Shown piece by piece: positions 21,267-33,600 of a stretch of 64,000 nt of DNA. The translations under genes were made by a program, and so were the position numbers. Location: contig QPMI01000089.1 of assembly GCA_004431415.1 (NCBI GenBank), positions 186,001 through 250,000 on the forward strand. The letters are read 5' to 3'. The notes under the pieces are model-generated. The model was not told where the DNA came from and searched no databases. It worked only from the letters and a program-made list of their open reading frames with translations. Source of the stretch: Cyanophora paradoxa CCMP329 (lineage: Eukaryota; Plantae; Glaucophyta). Positions within the stretch are counted from its first letter, which is position 1. Each line of letters starts with the position of its first letter.

Positions 21267-21934
21267 CACTCGCTGGCTGCCGCTCTTCGGTGAATATGCG
21301 AGCTTATGCTCCAGGTCTAGATAAAAGCTTCGCGAGCTTCGCCCAACGTGCTACCTTATATTAACGCGCCTCGCGGCGCGCCGGCGCAGGCCTAGGGGAC
21401 TAGACGGGGAGGGGGTACACCCGAATCTAATGCGCATGCGGAGGTACCGGTATACGCGTATACGTATACTGGTGAAAGTAAGTGCGCGTCTTGAACTGCA
21501 TAAAATATAATTGGCGGATGAGTCACCGAATCGGCACTCATGGCCATGGATTATCGATGATCATGATCCGATGATCGGCGATCGTGATTCGTGAGTCGTG
21601 AGTCATGAGTCGTGACTGTAATATTAATATATAATATATGCCATTATATATGCATCGTGCATGTGTACAAGTGTCACCAATGATTCACCATACAGATGAC
21701 CTTGGCCCCCGCCGCGCGCGGGCCCCGCGGCCCGCGGCCCGCGGGCCGCGGCCGCCGGCCGGGCCCGGCGGGGGCCGGCCCGGCGGCGCCCGGGGCCCGG
21801 CGGCCCGGGCCCGGGGGCCACTGGGCCAGGGGCCAGGGCCGCTCCCGCGGCCGGGGGCCCGCGGCCCCCGCCGGGGCCCGGGAGGGACCCGGGGACCACC
21901 GGGGATCCCGGACGGTGCGGGTTCGATCTAAAGG

Positions 21935-24900
21935 CTAGAGCATCAAGGAGTCCATGTCGAGAGAGCCGCCGTGGGCCGCAGACGTGAGGAGGGCCTTGTT
22001 GGGGGGCGCGACGAGTGTCGCGTGGTCTGGAGCCTGCGCATGCGAAGCGAGGGCGTGAGGCGAGGCCGGGGCGCGCGGCCCGCGCCGCGCCGGCCCGGCC
22101 CGGCCCGGCCCGGCCCGGCCCGGCGTCGGCCCCCGCTCACTCACCTTGAGTCGCTTCTGGCTCTTTGTCACGATGTCGATGCCGGCCTTGGTGAGGGGCG
22201 GGGCACGCTCGAGGAAGTGGAGGTGGCCCGGAGCACCGGCGCCGGCGCCCCCCCTGGCCATGGGGCTGCCGCCGGCGCCCCCGCTGAGGAGGACGGGTAC
22301 GGCGACGAGGGAGCGGTCCGCGGCCCCTATGATCTCGTCGGCCCTCGCCAGCCGTGCGTGCCGCGCCGCTGTCCGGGGCGTCTCCCCCAGCTCGCCACCG
22401 GGCCCTGCCATCCCCGTGGACGCGCGGCGCTGCGGCGCCAGCTCCGCTGTTCGGCAGCGAGGGTCCATCGGAGGCGGCTCCGGGCTGGGGGATTCCTCCC
22501 TTGGCGACGGGTCCTTTCCCGGAGAGGCGGGGGCGGGGGCCGGCGCTGTTGAAGGCCTCTCCCAGAAGCTGTGCGGGGGGCCGGTCAGCGTGCGTTTTGC
22601 GGTCTCGTGCGGCGCACGCACCCGTCACTGGAGACGGGCGCGGAGTAGGGCGGGGCGGCGGCCGTGGCGGGGCGCCGGAGGGAGGCGGACGAGACGGAGC
22701 GCCCGCCGGCGGGGCTGGGCCAGGGGCCGGGCGGCGCGCCGAGCGAGGCCGCGCGGGAGCTGCGGCCGCCAGGGCTGCGGGCGACCGACTCGGCCGCCGC
22801 GACGGCCATCTTGCGGGCCAGCTGCGCGGGGCGCTCAGCGGCGAGGAAAGGCGAAAAGAAAGACGAGGCGGGGGTACCGCAAAGTCGTCGGAAGAAGCGG
22901 CGTCGCGCGTCTGGTTGCGCAATGTGTTGACTGACTCTGTGGAGTTGCGGGAAGGGGTCCAGCACTGCGGGGCCAGGTTGTAGGCGTTGGAGCCGGCGCT
23001 CCGCCGGCTGATCATCTGCCGTGCGGCCTCAGAAGGCGTAGGGGGCGCCATCCCCCGCTGAAGGACTCGTACCCGGATGAACCCGCTGTTCGGGCGGTCC
23101 TTGGCCCTCCCCAGATCGAGCTCGACGTCCTCATCGTTCTGAGGGCGCGTCGGCGTCGGCGCGCGGCCGGGAAGGGCGAAGCGGACACGCAGGCGGGCGG
23201 GCGGGCGGGCGGACCACGTAGGCGTTCGCGGCCACGGCGGCCAGGTCCGCCACGCTTCCCATCAGCGACTGCCTCCTCCCGACGAGGGACGAGCTCCGCC
23301 GCCCTCCGGACGCGCTCGCCCGCCGCCCGCCGGGGCTAACGGAGCTCCGCCGCCGGGCGGAGGGCGGCCCGTGGGCCGGGCTCCCGGGGCTCCCGAGGGA
23401 GGGCGAGAAGGCCGCGTACGGAGACGCCCCGGGGCTAAGAGTGCTGCGCCGGGACTCTGCCGGCGCGCCCGTCAGCCTCGGAAGGGGCGAGCGGCATGGC
23501 TGCGTCGCGCTGGGGCGCACCGGGCGGCTCGGAGGCGGCCGGCGTGTCGTGCTCGGGCTCGAGAACCGCAACGTCGATCGAGACCGCGAGCGAGACGCGC
23601 CGGCGGCGCTGCTCCTGGAAGGAGGGCGAGGGGCCCTGCGCGCCGCTCTCCGGCGATGGCGGCTGCTGCGACTGCGTCGACGCGATGTGCGCGTGCAGCG
23701 CGTGCTCCCGGTGGGGCGGGGGCGCCCGCTGCGAGGGCAGCGGCGGCGGAAGGCCCATCTCGATCGCGCGGGCGACGGCCTGCGAGCGAGCGAGCGCGTC
23801 AGAGCGGCGCGGCGCCCGGCGCGGCGCGGCGCGGCGGGCGGGGCGGGGCCCGTCGCGCCTCGATCTGGCGGAGCTCGGCCGCGTAGGCCGGGGAGGGGAA
23901 GGCCGCCGGGCCCGAAAGGATCTATGGAAAGGTCACGGGGGCGGCCTGAAGGGTTAAGGGCGAGGGGCGCCCGGACCTTTGCGTTCGCGAGGACGGCCTG
24001 CTGCAGGCTGTAGTCTTCGGCCTGCGGCACGGCCGGGCTGACGTCAGCGGGCCGGGCCGCGGGCCGTCGTCGCGGGGCGGGGCGGCACCTTGAGCATGCG
24101 CAGCTTCTGGTCGATCAGGTGGTCCACCTCCGCTCTCGTCCGGGGCGTCACCGAGAGGTCCTGGGCCTCCAGCGGGAACGCCAGAAGCGGGGCGCTGGCC
24201 GAGGCGTTGAGCGAGGACGTCGAGGCGCGCCGGCGGGCGGCCCCCGTCCCCAGGCTGGCCGTCGAGGCCCGGCGGGCGAGCCCGGCCACGGCGGCCGCTC
24301 CCGCGCCGGCGAGGGTTGCAGCCGAGGCCCGCCGCGCGGCGACGGCGATCGAGGCGGCCGAGGAGCGCCGCCCAGCGGTGCCGGGCGCCGTGACGGGGAC
24401 GAAGGAGGGCGGGGGCGGGGAGGAGACGCGGCGGCCCCGGGGTATACTGAAGTCGTCCAGGCTCTCCGCGTGCGGCTCGGGGACCGTTCCCGCGAAGCGA
24501 GGCATGTCCGCCAGAAGGGATCCCCTCCGCTCCGGCTCCCGCAGATCCGGGGGCACGCCATCCCTGCTCTGGATGACCCGCACCAGGATCTGCTCTTTCT
24601 GCCGCTGCTCCTCCTGCGCCCGCGCCGCGCGCTTCCCATCTGCGCACCGCACGTCACCGGAGGGCTGAAGCGCGCGGAGGCAGAGGGCAACCCGCACCGT
24701 ACTTTTCTCGGATCTCGTCGAGGCGACGCTGCCTTCGCGCCGCGGCCTCCCTCACAATGTCGACCGACTCGCGGATCGAGGGACGCTGAAAGGGAGCATA
24801 AGCAACGACGACCTGCGCTCGCAAGGCGGTACGGCCGCACCCCGGCAGCGAGATCTTCGGCGTACGGACCCCGAATGCTGCAAGGGATTGAGCGGCTTGC

Positions 24901-24998
24901 CGCGCGAGCGGCCAGGAGGCGCACGTCTCTGGGGTTTCAGCTGGTTCTGGATAGAGAAAGCGCGCGCCGCCGCGCTCCTGCGCGGAGCTCCCCGACAT
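21935..24998 (-). CDS. Hypothetical low-complexity Ser/Arg/Pro-rich protein with N-terminal coiled coil
   Basis: The 5' exons splice to MSGSSAQERGGARFLYPEPAETPETIRGPYAEDLAAGRPSIRESVDIVREAAARRQRRLDEIREKYDGKRAARAQEEQRQKEQ. Repeated RRxS motifs follow. It ends ...DMDSLML*. No recognisable domain. Confidence 0.55.
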
Positions 24999-25773
24999 TG
25001 GGCTGGAGCTCCCGATAGGGACTGCGTGGCTTGTTGTTAAAACCAGTCCAGTGAGAGCCTTTCTACAGTCTATCGAGTGCCGTGCGTTGCGGTCGAGCCG
25101 GCATTGCTGGAACGCTGGATAGCGACGGCCGCAACAACTGACCGGATCAAGCCGCACTGCTGATCAGTGATGGAAGGCGGCGTTCTAATCACGGGCCGCT
25201 GCGCTGGCTGCGGGATGACTGGTGGTTCTGCTTCCGGGACGGGCGCAAACGGACGGGCTTCAGCTTTGTGTGGCCTTGCTGATCATAAACAGAGCCTCGA
25301 ACGGCGGTTTCGCAGCTCGGCGCCAGATCGACTTTCGCAGTGAGGGGGTACGTGCGTTTGTGAAAAAAACGTATCCGAAGAGCAAGCACCGCACTCGGCC
25401 CGCGCAGCAGCCCCTGCCGTTTCACGCAGCTCCGAACTGCGCCCCAGTGTCAGGCACTGCCAGCGCAGCCAGCGCAGAGCTCTGCGCAACATCGGAAGTT
25501 CCACGCGGACCTCGTTATCGAGAGGAGGAGCTCCGCGGCCGCCGCCTTTCCCGCAGGGGAGCTTTGCTAGACACTGTGAAGATCAGTGCAAGCTCTGCCC
25601 GGCCTGCGCCGGACTCGCGCGCGGCTTGCAAGCTTGCCATTTCGGGCTTCAGAGAGTGCGCGTCCTGCGCGGTCTGCGCGGTCTTCAAGGTATCACCATC
25701 AATCGCGATCAACATAGCTTTGGAGCTGATTTCTCGTTTCGCCTAGGAAGGGGTAATCCACGGGCGCGCGCTG

Positions 25774-26417
25774 ATGGGCGGCGCCTGCGTTCATGCCTCG
25801 CCGGGTCCCGGCGTGCGTGCTGTTGGTGAGGAGAAGCCAACAGATTCGGGGAACGTCGGCCCCGCGGCGCTCAAAGATGCCGTCGAGGCGACGCGGCGCC
25901 TGGCCCTCGCTACCACGATGCGGAACATCGCTATGGCGCACATCTCACTCGGGGATCTAGAGAAAGCTCAAGTGATATTACAGGTCTGCATGCTCAGTTT
26001 GTGCCGGGTCTGCCGGCGTCACATGTGGTTCACAGACTGACTCATGTGCCGCAGCAAGTAGCAGAGATCCACTTGGCGGAGCTGGGGCGGCACGTCGAGA
26101 CTGCGAAGACATTCTACATCCTGGCTGACACACTCCGCTCCCTCGGCAACTACGACGAATCAGAGCAGGCTTACCGGCAGTGCATCGAGATCCGCAAGGA
26201 GACGCTGGGGCCAGAGCACCTGGAGACCGGCATTGCGATGAACGAGCTCGCAGGTGCGCCTCTTGAAGGACGTTCTGCCCTTCTATATGTACCTAAGTTC
26301 TCACGCTGCTCCGCTCCAGAGCTCTATCTTCTCAACGGTTCCTATGAGGAGTCGACGGCGCTATCGAAGGAGGCGAGCCTAATAATGTCGAAGGCGGCCA
26401 TCGCGGCGGAAGCTTGA
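25774..26417 (+). CDS. TPR protein (kinesin-light-chain/TPR_12-like); 5' end uncertain
   Basis: LATTMRNIAMAHISLGDLEKAQVILQ|QVAEIHLAELGRHVETAKTFYILADTLRSLGNYDESEQAYRQCIEIRKETLGPEHLETGIAMNELA|ELYLLNGSYEES. Additional upstream exons from about 25170 are possible. Confidence 0.75.
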
Positions 26418-27707
26418 GCTGGCGAGCTGCTAGGCTGCTATTCCCTGTAATTTATTTTTCGCTTTCTTTCGGCCCTGCCGCCCCCATTTTTGTTCCCTGA
26501 GTTATCCTGAAGCGATCCGAAGCTCCTCCCGAGTTTTCCTCCGGCCCTCTATTCCCGCCTCCCTTGAATGTTCTACGTATGTGCGCGCTTTTCGTCAGAG
26601 GCTCCTCAGCTCATCGGGCCCCTACAGCTAGCTAGCTTTAGCTCCCCTGAGTTCTGAGCAGCTGCGCCTGTGAGGCGTTTCAATTTTTGGTGTAATTTAT
26701 TTCGCCTGCGCCTCTCTCGACCCTTTCCTTTGCCGCAGTGCCTTCCTCACTCTTTGAGCCAGTCTCCGTCCATCGTCCCTCTCGCCTCCGCGATCCTCCT
26801 CTGAGCCCCTCTCCCGGCCCTCTTTCTCCCTTTGCTTCACTGTTCTCTCTTACCATGTTCGCCTTCCTCCTCGCGCTCCCCCTCGTATTTTGCATGTATG
26901 GACAGCTTCTTGAGTTTCTCTACCCCAAGCGCTGCTGCTGTACCCAATTACAAGCGCTGCCGCTCGCATTCGCGCGCCGTATGAGAGATGGACGCCGACG
27001 ACGACACAATCCCGCCACAAACGCACATTCGGCCGCGCTCCCATGTACACCCGCCGCGGGCTCGCGATCGAGCTTTAGATCTCCATAACGATGCATACGC
27101 GTCGCGCGAGCCCAAAACCGCGGCCGATCCCGAGGAGAGCGAGTGCGTGTGCCGCCGTATGCGAATATTTATAATTATTTATAAAATTTCATGTTTGATA
27201 TGGACCGGACCGGCGCGCGCGGAGGATATGCGCATGCCATGATGCAAATGCACGCGCATGCATATGCGCGCCTTGCAGTTGCGACCGCGCATGACATATT
27301 CGATCGCAGAATTGCAGTTGCGACCGCGCGGGAAGCCGAACAGCAGCTCGATCGCGAGGCCCCCGCTCGCGCTCTGGATCTGGACATTGCTCTCGACGTT
27401 TCAGAGCTGGCGCTGGGCGATCGATATCGTGAGGAGATCGGCGCTAGCGCTGGATGTCGACGCTCAGCCGTCGACTTAGAAGCGGAGGAAGTGATCGTCG
27501 TTGCCAGCGCAGTCGCCGTCATTTCATCGGATTCACACGTCGGCGGAGCCGACCGCGGGTGAAATGCAGCCCGAGCGACCTCTGCCAGGCTGTATAAATG
27601 TACGTGTCCGGCTGAGCGTGCACTCGGGTCGCGGGCCCGGATCATTACTAAGTTAAGACGCGGAAACGTGCGAAAAAAATCCGTGTTCAAAGAAGCGGAG
27701 TGCTACG

Positions 27708-30490
27708 CTACCTGAGCCGCACAGGCATGGAGCCCGGTGCGGGGGCGGGGCGGCCTTTCTGACTGGGCGGCCGCGCCTTGTCTTGACTCGGCGGGCGGTT
27801 CGCGGCGGCGTTGGCGGGGCTAGGGGGGCGGGCGGAGGAGCTAGCGGAGACGGAGGAAGAGGGGGCCCGGCCGGCCTGGCTGGACGGGCGGCGGCCGGAG
27901 GGGGAGCGGGGCGGGCCGGCGTGGGCGGAGGAGCGGTGGGAGTGGTGGCCGTGGGCGGCGGCCCCGGAGCTCGAGGGCGGGCGCTCGTCCATGATCAGGA
28001 CGGACGAACTCGCGCTCTCTCGTACTCCTCCTCGCGAACCTGGAGCTCTTGCACGTTCGCCCCGGTCGCCCGCGTGTCGCCTGACGACCTGCCCTGGTTC
28101 TGCGCGCGAGGGGCGCGGTCAGCAAGAGGGCTCCCTGGGGGGTGGGACCCCGCCGAGCACGCCTGGGACGGGGGGACGGGGGTCTGGGTAGTCCCGGGAG
28201 GTCTGGGCCGGCTCGTAATTGGGAGACGTCACTTCGTTGCGCCAGGCCACCCAGGGGACGAGGCGGTTGATGGCGCTGCCGACTGGGAGGACCCGGGGGC
28301 GGCTCTCAGCGGAGGAAGGATTAAAGGGAGATGATTAAGGGAAAGGGAGCACCAACGGCGTGCTTGACGTTTTGGAGGGCCTAGCGGGCGAAGCTAGGGT
28401 CAGACAGGAAGGCGGGCGGGGCGCCCCCCAGACGGCCCGGCCCCGGACAGGGCCGACTGGCCCGCCCCGAGAGATCGCACCTGGAAGCGGCGCCACTGGG
28501 TGACCTGCTCCGCGACGCGCGCGATGACGGCCGTCTCGACGCTCACGTACGCCGACTTGACTACCGACTCGATCCGCCGCTGCGCGCGCGCGCGGGGCTT
28601 CAGAGGGAGGCGCGGGGGGGGCGGCGGATGGGTAGGAAGGATGGATCCGGCCCCGCACCGCCTGCTCGGCCTGGAGCGCCGCCTGGCGCTCCTGGAAGCG
28701 CCGGTCGGCCTCCTCCTTCTCCCGGCGCCTCCGTTCCTCCTCCTCCGCGTCGCGCCGCCGCCGTTCGGCGGCGAGGGCCCCCGCCCGCAGCCGCCGCAGC
28801 TCGCGCCACGCCCGCCGCCTCCGCACCGCCGCCGCGATGACCGACTGCGCGGTCCCCTTCCGGTCCCTCGCCGCCCGCTGCCGCCGCGCCAGCTCCCGCC
28901 GCGCCCTCCGCGCCCGGAACGCCGCCTGCAGCACCGCCGCCGCGCGCTCGGCGCGGGCGCGCCGTCGGAGGTACGCGCGGAAGGAGCGCTGGATGCGGCG
29001 GGCGGCGAGGCGGCGGCGGGCGCGCTCGAGGGCGGCCGGCTGCGTGGCGGCCTCGCGCGGGTCGATGGGGATGTTCGAGAAGAACTCGATCTCCCGCTTG
29101 ATCAGCAACCGCGAGCGGTTCACCAGCGGCAGCCGCACGATCTCCTCTCCGCCGGCCTGCTGCAGCTGCAGCTGCTGCTGCTGCTGCCGCCCCGCCCGCT
29201 CCCCCGCCGCCGCCTCGTGTGCCTCTAGCAGCTTCCGCCGGTGGTCCCTCTCCGCCTCCTCCAGCACCGCGCGCTCCGCCGCCGCCACCCGCGCCGCCCC
29301 CTCCGACGCCTCCTCTCCGCCGCCGCCCCCCGCCGCCGCCTGGCTGTAGTAGTGCCCGAGGCTCGACTCGGGCCGCTCGGGCGGCGCCTCCTCGTGCGAC
29401 GCGGCCGCCTGCCGCACTCCGGCCCGCGACGAGGGCCGAAGCGCGCCCGCCAGCGAAGGCCGCCCGCCGGCCCCGGAAGAAGACGTGCCCGGTCTGGCTC
29501 CCGAGGCCGTCCCCGGGCGGGAAACGGAGCCGGAGCGGGCGCGGGAGGATGCGAAGAGGGGCGCGGCGCCGCGGACGGCGGGGTCGAGCTTGTGCACGAA
29601 GTCCAGGTCGCCCTGCATCTTCAGCAGGTAATTCACGCCGCCCCACATGTACGCGCGCGGCTCGCCCCGCTCGTCGGTCTCCTCGCCGTCCCGCCACTGC
29701 ACGATCGCCTCGACGGCCTCCACCGAGACCCGCTGGTTCGCCACCAGCGCCTCGGCGAGTTGCTTTCGAAGCGCCCGACGCTCCTCCGCGCTCCTGCGGC
29801 GTGCGCGCTCAGCGCTCGGTCGGGGCGCCGGCGGTGGCGCGCGTCCGCTTGCGCACCGGTCGGGGCGCTCGGCGAGGAGTGCCTGCACGAGCTCGTAGGC
29901 CTGCTGCAGGTTCTCCTCCCGCTGCGCGATCAGCGAGTCCACGCCCGATCGCCTCGCGAGCTCCGCCTCCACCCGCTTTATCTGCGGGCCGCGGAGGCTT
30001 CGTCGTACACAGCACCGGGAGATCGGACGGGGGGAAGGGGGCACCTCTGCCCTGATGGCGTCCGAGTTCAAACCCAGCCCCTTGCCTGCGGAGGCGCTCG
30101 GCGGGGGCGCCCTCGTGCTGGGCGCAGGGCCTGTGGCACCTGCGTGTTGCTGGGTGAAGCGGAGCCTCCACTGCTCCGGCGCGCTCGCATCGTCCCAGAG
30201 CTCGTTGAGCCTGCCGAGCCGGGGCCGGCGGGGTGAGAATACGTTCGCGCCCCCGCACCAGCTAGGACAGCCGGGCGAAGGGAGGATGGCCACCTGGGCT
30301 CCCACGCCTCCGCGGTGACCACTGCTGTCGAGACTGCTTGTAGTTTCCCCTTCTTGAAGCTCGCGGATAGCGACAGCCGCCGAGTCGGAGTGGCCGGCCG
30401 AGCTGCCTTGGACGTGCTGGCAACCGGGCCGTCAGGCTCGGGGCTGCTTCCTGCTGGAACGTGCTGCATATCGAGCGGAAGGGGCGGCAT
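27708..30490 (-). CDS. Coiled-coil protein with 'W..NYLLKM..DLDF' domain and IQ motifs
   Basis: RLNELWDDASAPEQWRLRF...VEAIVQWR...YMWGGVNYLLKMQGDLDFV. IQ-like motifs ARRIQRSFRAYLRRR and AAVLQAAFRARRARR. Charged helical region and Ser/Pro tail. Confidence 0.75.
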
Positions 30491-30672
30491 AGCCGCTGGC
30501 CCCGCCAGCCTACCTGCCAGACTTCAGTGCCTCACTGCCAGACCGTTTTTAGGGCTTTCTCCGCAGCGGTTGTGGCTCCTCCCCCTCCCCCAATCGGGAG
30601 TACAACAGAATTCTATTAACCGCATCGGCGAGCTAGCGCCCGCAGCGCAGCGTGTACCAGCGGCAGACGGCG

Positions 30673-33600
30673 ATGGAGGCGCCGGTGGTATCCAGGCTCC
30701 CGCCCATCACGGCGGGGCAGCCGGGGGCGAGGAAGAAGGCCTCTCCGCCCAGCACCTCGGGCATGGAGCCCCTGGCGCCGCTGAAGAGCGTAGATGCCAT
30801 CATGAAGGAGAGCAGGATCTTAGCCGACCTCGAGCGGCACAAGATGCGCCTGCAAGCTAGGCCAGAAGACCCAGAGCGGAAGCCGTGCGCGCCCCTGCCC
30901 CTGCTTGCCCCGCCCCGCTAGCTGTTGGGCGGAGCCTGCGCCTGCGGCAGCTGCTCAGTCTCTGTGTCGCGCGCAGGACGCCTGGGCAGCTGAAGAAGAA
31001 GATCAGGGGTCCCGGCTTTGTGACCAGCGGGCGGGCGGAGATTCCAGAGTACGACGCATCGCGGGACAAGCACTGCGTGGTGTACAAGGATGCCTACGTC
31101 AACCTGACATCGGACTCGGTGAACATCTCGCGCGACACGGCCCCCGTGGCAAAGAAGCAGGGGAAGAGCAAGCGGAAGGAGGCGTGGCCCGATCAGTCGC
31201 GGGCCTCGTCGCATCTGCAGCCGCTGGATGCCAGCGCGCTCGCCTCCTCCGCGCTGGACAGCCCGAAGCCCAACGAGAGCGCCCTGCTGGCGGAGTCCTT
31301 CGAGTCTCGGTCAGCGCCGGTCAGCCGGGAGCGCCCGGCCATCCTTGCACCGCTGGAAGGATCGGATGCGAGGCCTACCACGTCAGCGGGCGGGTTCAGG
31401 CCCTCCACCTCGGCCGGCGGGGTGCGCGGGGCGGACGCGCCGCGCCGCCGCGCTTCGTCACCAGCTGACCGCCGCGCGGCGCAGGCGCGGATGAAGCCTC
31501 TGGCGGGGGCGGCGGCGGCGCAGACGTCGAGCGCGCCGGACCTGCACGATGCGCAGGCGTCGGCGCGGGCGCGGCAGGCGAACCTGGGGGCCGGGGAGCC
31601 GCGCCCGGCGACCTCGGACGGGCGCCCCGTCGACCCGGAGGACCTGGACGCCGGCTCCGAGGCGTACGAGACGCGGATCTTCAGGAAGTCGGTGGCGCGG
31701 CTGCAGGCGCTCTGGGACGAGCTGCGGGTCCCCGACGAGCACCGCTCCGCCTTCGCGGATCGGTACTTCGCCTTCAGCACCGTCAACCACGCCGCCATCA
31801 CCGACGAGGCGCGCCTCCGCCCGCCCGCCCGCCCGCCCGCCCGCCCGCGCTCCTTTTCCCTTCCTTTTCGCGAGCGTGCGGGTGCGCGGCGCAGATCGTG
31901 CGGCTCACGGAGCACCACCAGCGCGCGGCGGCCGTGCGGCGGGCCATCGAGGGCAGGGAGGTCTTCGTCGAGCAGCTGCGCGCCCTAGTCACCTCCGCGT
32001 GCGCCCCGTGCAGCCCGCCCTCCGCCGTCCCTCCGCCTTACTCAGCTTCCTCTTCTGCAGGCCGGTCTTCGACGTGCCGGCGATCGCGAAGAACGTGACG
32101 TCACTGCGGCTGGCGACGATCGAGTGCGTGGAGGCGGTCCTCGCGTGGCGCCGCGCGCTGGGCGACCCGGCCGCCCCCTTCTACTGGCGCCGCCAGAACT
32201 ACCTCCTCAAGATGAAGGATGACCTCGACTTCCTCGGGGTGCGCCGCTCTCCTCCTCCTCCTTCTTCTCCCGCGCCGCCGACTCCGCCTCCGCTGACTTT
32301 GCCCGCAGGACGTCGACCCCTCCCTCTGGAAATCGATGCCGATCCTGCAGAGCCCGCTGCTCTCGCTGCACCCGCGGCTCTTCCAGAGCCCCTACCTGGA
32401 GGCCAAGCCGCACCGGAAGGGCCCGACGCCCGTGTCGCAGGACGCGGCGCGCGTGCAGGCGGCCCACGACGCCATCCTCGCCGAGGTCGCCCGCTGCAGC
32501 GAAGACCCGGCCGAGGCCGCCGCCGCCGCCGCCGCCGCGCTCCCGACGCGCCGGGGCAAGGCCGGCGGCCGCGCCCGCTCGCCGGGGCGGCAGGCGGCGA
32601 TGACGGCGGAGGAGGCGGCGGCGGCGGTCGAGGCGCTCCTGCGGGAACAGGAGGCGCTGGCCGCCGCGCAGGAGGCGCAGGCGGAGGAGGCGCGGGAGCC
32701 CCTCTCCAGCTTCGTGGCGACGTTCTTCTCCCTGCCACAGTACCCCAAGCCGCCGCTCCTGCCGGCGCACGCGCCCCGCGGGGAAAGCCGCGCCGGCGGG
32801 CGGCCCGAGTCGCGGGCGGGGCCGGCGGGCGGCGCGGCGGATGCGGCGGAGGCGGCGACGGGCGAGGCGACGCAGGCGCTCTACGAGCTGGAGGACGCCG
32901 CCGACGAGCTGCCCGAGGACGCGGCCGGCGGGCAGCAGCTCCCGCCGCCCTCGCGCGGCTCCTCGCGGGCGCCCTCGCGCGCCGGCGGGCCCTGGACGCC
33001 TGGCGCCGGCGGGGCAGGGGCGGCCGACTGGGGCGGCGCCTTCGGCGGCGGCGGCGAGAGCGACGAGGAGGCGGCGTGGTGGGCCGGCGAGGAGGAGCCC
33101 GAGCTCCTGGACATGGAGGTGGACGACTTCGCGCGGCGGCTGGTCCGCGGCACGGTCGCGGCGCTCGTGGCGGACGAGGAGCGCGCCGCCGCCGCGCACG
33201 CCCGCTTCCTCCGCACCGAGCACCTCATGCCCAAGTACGGCGTCGAGGCGTACGCGCGCAAGCAGGCGGAGCGCCAGGAGCGCCTGGGCCGCATCAAGCG
33301 CGAGATCGAGGCGGCGCGCGCGGAGGAGGAGCGGCAGCTGCGCGCCGCCTCCGCCGCGGCGCTCGCGGCCGTCGCCGACGCGGCGTGCGCGGGGTACGAG
33401 GAGTGGTTCGTGGCGCCGCGGCTCGCGGCCGTCTTCCCGCGGTGCCTGGAGGAGGCCGTCGTCGAGCTGGCCGAGGAGGCCGCCCTCGCCTCGGTCGCCG
33501 CGTGGGCCGTCGAGGGCGCCCTCGAGGCCGCCGCCGCCGAGTGTGAGGCGGAGGTCGCGGGGGCCGTCGGCGCCGAGATCCGGGCCCTGGCCGAGGCGGT

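Noticed and set aside
27191-27690. Small ORFs on both strands with a short direct repeat (ttgcagttgcgaccgcgc)
   Set aside because: There is no domain and no consistent exon structure; this is probably UTR or intergenic DNA.
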